64,000 bases of DNA from Lophium mytilinum (taxonomy: Eukaryota). Each line of letters starts with the position of its first letter. Within the stretch, counting starts at the first letter, position 1. The stretch spans positions 604,816 to 668,815 of the forward strand of contig MU004191.1 in assembly GCA_010093605.1 (NCBI GenBank). The letters run 5' to 3'. The notes beneath the pieces were generated by a model that searched no databases, had not been told where the DNA came from, and was given only the letters and a program-made list of their open reading frames with translations. Positions 58,739-64,000 of this stretch are shown here, piece after piece. The translations under genes and the position numbers were made by a program.

Positions 58739-61700
58739 ATGAAGCTTTCGAGTGTTGTCCTTTCAGCCCTCCTGTCTCTCCTGATTCTATTTCAACCCGT
58801 TTCCTCGCTGGGACAGAAATTGACAATCGCTTTCGACGATGCGCCTGGACGATTGAAGCTTGCAACCCGCTCCACTTCGGTCCAATTGCTCTTGGATGCT
58901 GCGGACTGGCCTGGCGTTCTTCGCGTTGCTGACGATCTTGCAGTAGATTTTGGACGCGTTACTGCAGTCAATGGCTCTGTATCTGTCACTCATGGCTCAC
59001 ATACTCTATCATCAAACGCGTCTTTGATCTTTAACGTTACTCGTAAAACGGGATGGGAGATAGAAGGGAATAGCACAAGGCCGAGAGGTGGAACTATCCT
59101 GGCTGGCACGGTGGGGAAGTCCGCGATTATTGATGACCTGGTCGAGCAAGGGAAAATCAACGTGACGGATATAGTGGGAAGATGGGAAGCGTTTAAGAGT
59201 CAGATCGTCAAGAATCCTGTTCACGGTGCCTCTGAAGCTTTAGTGATATCTGGTAAGCTGACATGTTCTCTTTAGGCTCCCACGGGTTTGTTGCCTCCGC
59301 TTCTGATAATTGGTTTAGGCTCTGACAAGCGTGGTACTATCTACGGCCTCTACGACATCTCTGAGCAAATCGGCGTCTCGCCATGGTATTACTGGGCCGA
59401 CGTGGCCCCGAAATTCCACGAAGCTATATTCGCGATGGACGTATCCAAGACTCAGGGCTCCCCCTCTATCAAATACCGTGGCATCTTCTTGAATGACGAG
59501 GCGCCAGCTCTCACCGGCTTTATCAACGCGAAATATCCACCAGGGAAATATGGTCCTGGATACAACGCTGACTTTTACTCGACGGTCTTTGAACTCCTCC
59601 TTCGCTTGAGAGCGAACTACATGTGGCCTGCTCAATGGAACAGCATGCTATTTGTGGACGATCCCCGCACCCAGCCTCTTGCTGACGAATACGGAATCGT
59701 GATGGGAACAAGCCACACTGAGCCGATGGCGCGTGCTACGAAAGAATGGAACGTCTTTGGTGGAGGCCTCCAGTGGCAGTGGAACATCAATAATGCGTCC
59801 ATCAGACCTTTTATGAAAGAAGGCGCGATTCGCGCGAAGCCGTATGAGAACGTGATTACAATGGGCATGCGAGGATCTGGGGACACGGCTATGACTGCAG
59901 GCATTGAGACCGCTATGTTAGAAGACATCGTTGAAAATCAGCGCGGAATCCTGGCTAAGGTGTATGGAAACGCAAGCGCCGTACCGCAAATGTGGTGTCT
60001 TTACAAAGAGGTGCAGGGATACTATGAAGCTGGGATGAGAGTTCCAGATGATATCACTCTACTGTGGACGGAAGATAATTGGGGCAACATTCGGCGCCTT
60101 CCGATTGGGAATGAGACGGATCGGTCTGGTGGCGCTGGCGTCTACTATGTGAGTTGGCTTGAAATTATCTGATACGGCTGGGCTGATATTACTGGATAGC
60201 ATTTTGACTACGTTGGGGATCCTCGAGACTACAAGTGGGTAAGATGGCCTTGATACCCTCCACGATGGTCACAAGCTGACTTACTGTGCCAGATCAACAC
60301 AATTCAGCTTCAGAAAACGGCCGAGCAAATGCACCAAGCGTACATGCGAGAGGCTAAAACACTTTGGATCGTGAACGTCGGCGATCTGAAGCCACTGGAG
60401 ATCCCCATCAACCATTTCCTCGATTTAGCATACGACCTTGAACGTTGGGGCGCTGTTGATACCGTTTCATCATGGCTAGAGCATTGGGCGACCCGGGAGT
60501 TTGGTTCTAGCTTTGCGCAAGTCATTGCAGAAGTTGTCAACCAGTACGGCTTCCTGGCTGCGAGAAGGAAATACGAACTTATTGAGCCGAATACCTTCAG
60601 CCTCATTAACTATCAAGAAGCTGACAAGATACTTGCTGAATGGGAAGATCTTGGTCAGAAGGCTCAAGCAATCTCCGACAAGCTTCCACTAGAATCAAAA
60701 CCTGCGTTCTTTGAGATGGTCCTTCATCCTGTGTTTGCAGGAGGGAACTTCAATGATATCCAAATTAGCGCCGCGCGGAACCAGCTGTATGCAAATCAAG
60801 GACGCAACAGCGCTAATTCCTTGGTACAAAGAGTGCTGGACAAGATGAAAGTTGATCATGAAATGACTGTCCTATACAATACGCTGCTCGATGGCAAATG
60901 GAATCACATGATGGATCAAACTCACTTAGGATATCAAGGTTACTGGTAATTATATATGATCCTAGTTTGATGGCTTATACTAATAGATTTAGGCAAGCGC
61001 CAATGAGACAAGCCACACCAGCATTACAATATGTCCAAAATCTTGAGCGGGCTCTCTCTGGTGATATGGGAGTAAGTGTGGAATCCAGCAACGCTACTGT
61101 TCCAGGGGATGACAGGTATCACACAAACGGAGGAGGCAATCTAGAGTTTCCTCCTGTCAATCCTTTCAGCCCTGAGCGCTATATGGAGATCTTCTCTATA
61201 GGAACTTCCGTCTTCACTTGGATCATACAGGCCCCGCCGTATGTGAAGCTATCCCAGAGCTCCGGAAAGCTTTCGCCCGACTTCAACAACTCCGACACCC
61301 GTGTCTGGGTCTCGATTGACTGGAACACCATTCCATCTATGTCTGGGGTTATCGTGATGAACATCACTTCATCAACAGATTATGGAACCCAATATAGCAT
61401 GCCAACGGTCTCATTAACTTACAACAAGACCTCCATCCCTTCTACTTTCTCCGGATTCGTCGAAGATAACAGCATTATTTCCATCGAAGCAGAGCACTAC
61501 ACCAGCTTGACGCCAGCTTCCAACCTCACCTACACGACTCTTCCTGGATATGGCCGCACGCTCTCCGCCATCACACTCTCTAATCCTCTTGCCCCGTCCC
61601 TTACTACCGCGACGGCGCCGATGCTTGAGTACAACTTCTACACCTTCACCTCGACTACCTCCGCTAAAGCCGCGAATCTGACTCTCATTTTCGGCGCAGG

Positions 61701-61998
61701 CCTTAACACAACCCCAGCCCGCCCGCTCGCGTATATAGCACAGATCGACGACCTCGAGCCGCAGCGGCGCGCTTATATTATCGACCAGCCTGCTGGTGCG
61801 TGGCCTATTGGATGGTACGACGCCGTCGCGCAGGCTGCCTGGAAGAACACAACTAGCTGGGGTGCGCTCGATGAGGGCGAGCACAAGCTGAAGATCTGGC
61901 TGGTGGAGCCAGGGGTGGTGCTGCAGAAGATTGTACTCGATCTGGGCGGTGTTTTGCCGAGTTATCTTGGCCCTCCTGAGAGTCTGATAGTAGGGTAA
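58739..61998 (+). CDS. Secreted GH115 alpha-glucuronidase, 5 exons
   Basis: Signal peptide; GSDKRGTIYGLYDISEQIGVSPWYYWAD; YRGIFLNDE; ELLLRLRANYMWPA; GTSHTEPM; DNWG; YYHFDYVGDPRDYKW; WIVNVGDLKP; IEAEH. Confidence 0.95.
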
Positions 61999-62873
61999 GG
62001 TTCAGTTTGTGTTTGACGAGGCATGTGGAAGGCTGATAGGTTGAGTGTATAGCGTGAGTTCAAAGTCTCGGAAATACGTTGGGATTCTACGATTGTCCAT
62101 CTACCAGCTGCTTTCATGCAGTTGCTTTCATGTTACCCTATCTTTCTTTTGACAACATACTCAGTATCATTTAGTCGTTTGGTTTCGCTCGTATTCAAAC
62201 CCTAACCCGAGGACCAGTCTCCGCGTTGCGCATACACAGTTATTGCAATGCCCGTCCGCCTCTGGTGTACATTCAGATTGGCGATACATGTGGCAATGCT
62301 CTACTACATAATCGGAACAAGGGCCATAATTCTCACTCCTGCCATCATCATTTCTCCGTCTTCAGTTCAAATCTCACTTATACGTTCTTCGTCAACGGCC
62401 TGAAGTAGTACGGTTTGCCGGCTCCGATCTGCGGTAAGCGAGCTTACGCCTGCCCATTACGATCGCGTAAGCCATGAGGCTGACAGCTTTTACAAGTAAG
62501 ATTGTTTCGTGGCTCGCTAGTGACGATCTGATTCCTCCATTTTTATATGTAGGATACCCGTTTGTGCTATGGCTGCCGAATACCAGGGATGGTCCGTTCA
62601 GTCTGTTGCACGAGCTGCTAACGCGACTTTGTAGTGAATCAGTGAGCGAGTCTTACTTCATGACCCATTACTAAATATACTCATGCGCTCGGCCGTGTCT
62701 GCCCGGCGGTAAGTGAAGCCTTTCTCGTCGATTTTCTTTGATATGCCTCAAAAACCGATTTACATTACGATACTACACATTCTAAACACTAGCTTCTCAA
62801 TCTCCCCCAGAGGAGGCTGTTTGCCACCATCATTCTTATTATCTTTACAGCAGCAGCTACTTTGCTCTACAAC

Positions 62874-64000
62874 ATGCTGCTCTTCAATTCCATTTCTATT
62901 AGCTTCATCTTCATTGCTATAACTTACTATCTATACTCCCGAGCTACCCTATACCTCCGCCGTCGAGCTTTCCAGCGCCAAGATGGCTGCCAAGCAGCCC
63001 AGATCAAGTACCCACTCAAAGATCCCTTCTTCGGTATAGACCTCATTCTTGACACTATACGCAACGCGAAGAACCACCGTCATCTCGAGGGGACATGGCA
63101 CCGTTACGAAAAATCTGGCAATACATTCACATGCCGCCTCATCAACTGCCCTACTGTCTTCACTATCGACCCTGTAAACATCAAGACGATACTAGCTACC
63201 AAGTTCGAAGACTTCAAGCTATCCACTATCCGTGTGGATGCTATGGTCCCAATCTTCGGCCACGGTATCTTCACTACAGACGGAAAAGCCTGGCAATACT
63301 CTCGCGCCCTGCTCCGTCCCACTTTTACCAAGGAGAGTATCTCCAATCTAGATACGGCAGAGTTCCACTTCCAACATCTTCTTAGATGCATCCCGAGCAA
63401 TAATGCTACAGTCGATCTGCAGGAGCTCTTTTTCCGCTATACGATGGACACCGCGACCGAGTTCCTCTTCGGCCACTCTGTCCACAGCCAAACTCGGGCG
63501 CGTGAGTCAATCGCCGCAAACTCAGTGGTCCCAGACGCAGAGTTCGTGACGCATTACGCGTATACGCAGCTTGAAGCGAGTCACAACGTCCGCTTAGGCC
63601 CTCTGAACAAATTTCACTACAATGCCAAGGCGAACATTGCGCGGGATAAAGTCTTTGCATACGTTGACTCGCTTATCGATGCCCTTTTCGCGAAGCGCGC
63701 TGCTTTTCCAACACTTCCCCCGAAAGCGGAAAAGATTGATCATGATGGCGGGGCCAAGGAGAAGTACATCTTCCTTGAAGCTCTCGCTAACGAGACATCC
63801 GATCGCCAGGTGCTCCGGGATCAGATTCTCAACGTCCTGCTTGCGGGTCCGACACCACTGCTAGCCTTCTAAGCAACCTTTTCTTTGAGCTAGCGCGGCA
63901 TCCAAACGTATGGGCGAAGCTGCGTGATGAAGTCAAGGCTTTGGAAGGTAGACTTCCTACCTACACTGATATGCGGAATATGAAGTACCTCAAGTGGTGC
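62874..64000 (+). CDS. Cytochrome P450, CYP52-like; runs off the window; 1-nt frameshift at ~63849
   Basis: N-terminal TM helix; [68 protein letters not shown], then [18 protein letters not shown] in another frame. Confidence 0.9.

Noticed and set aside
62197..62208. AAACCCTAACCC telomere-like or telomerase-template-like motif
   Set aside because: Only two units, in a gap under 0.9 kb that looks too short for a filamentous-ascomycete telomerase RNA; no other supporting elements seen.

Overview
Eukaryotic DNA from a filamentous ascomycete (Pezizomycotina-like), judged from short GT..AG introns with CTAAC/CTGAC-type branch points and fungal gene content. Most of the window is housekeeping genes: esdC-like, ADIP/TinA-like, peroxiredoxin, AIF-like oxidoreductase, SEC1, SUV3, acyl-CoA dehydrogenase, SSU72, NBP2-like, UTR2/CRH2, MTC1, DUF2462, GH115 and a CYP52-like P450. 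The unusual parts are: (1) an ~11 kb island (6.7-16.8 kb) with three HET-domain genes, one a HET-NACHT-ankyrin NLR with a C-terminal ZZ-type zinc finger, plus a ~475 bp TIR-bounded MITE; (2) a candidate structured RNA polymerase III ncRNA at ~39.64-39.89 kb that I cannot assign to a known class; (3) a diverged 204-bp tandem array at ~51.2-52.0 kb with a conserved hairpin; (4) a secreted protein with histidine-brace/LPMO-like hallmarks; (5) frameshifts in the P450 and in an orphan gene. Gene models were spliced by eye and family names come from motif recognition; no searches were run.
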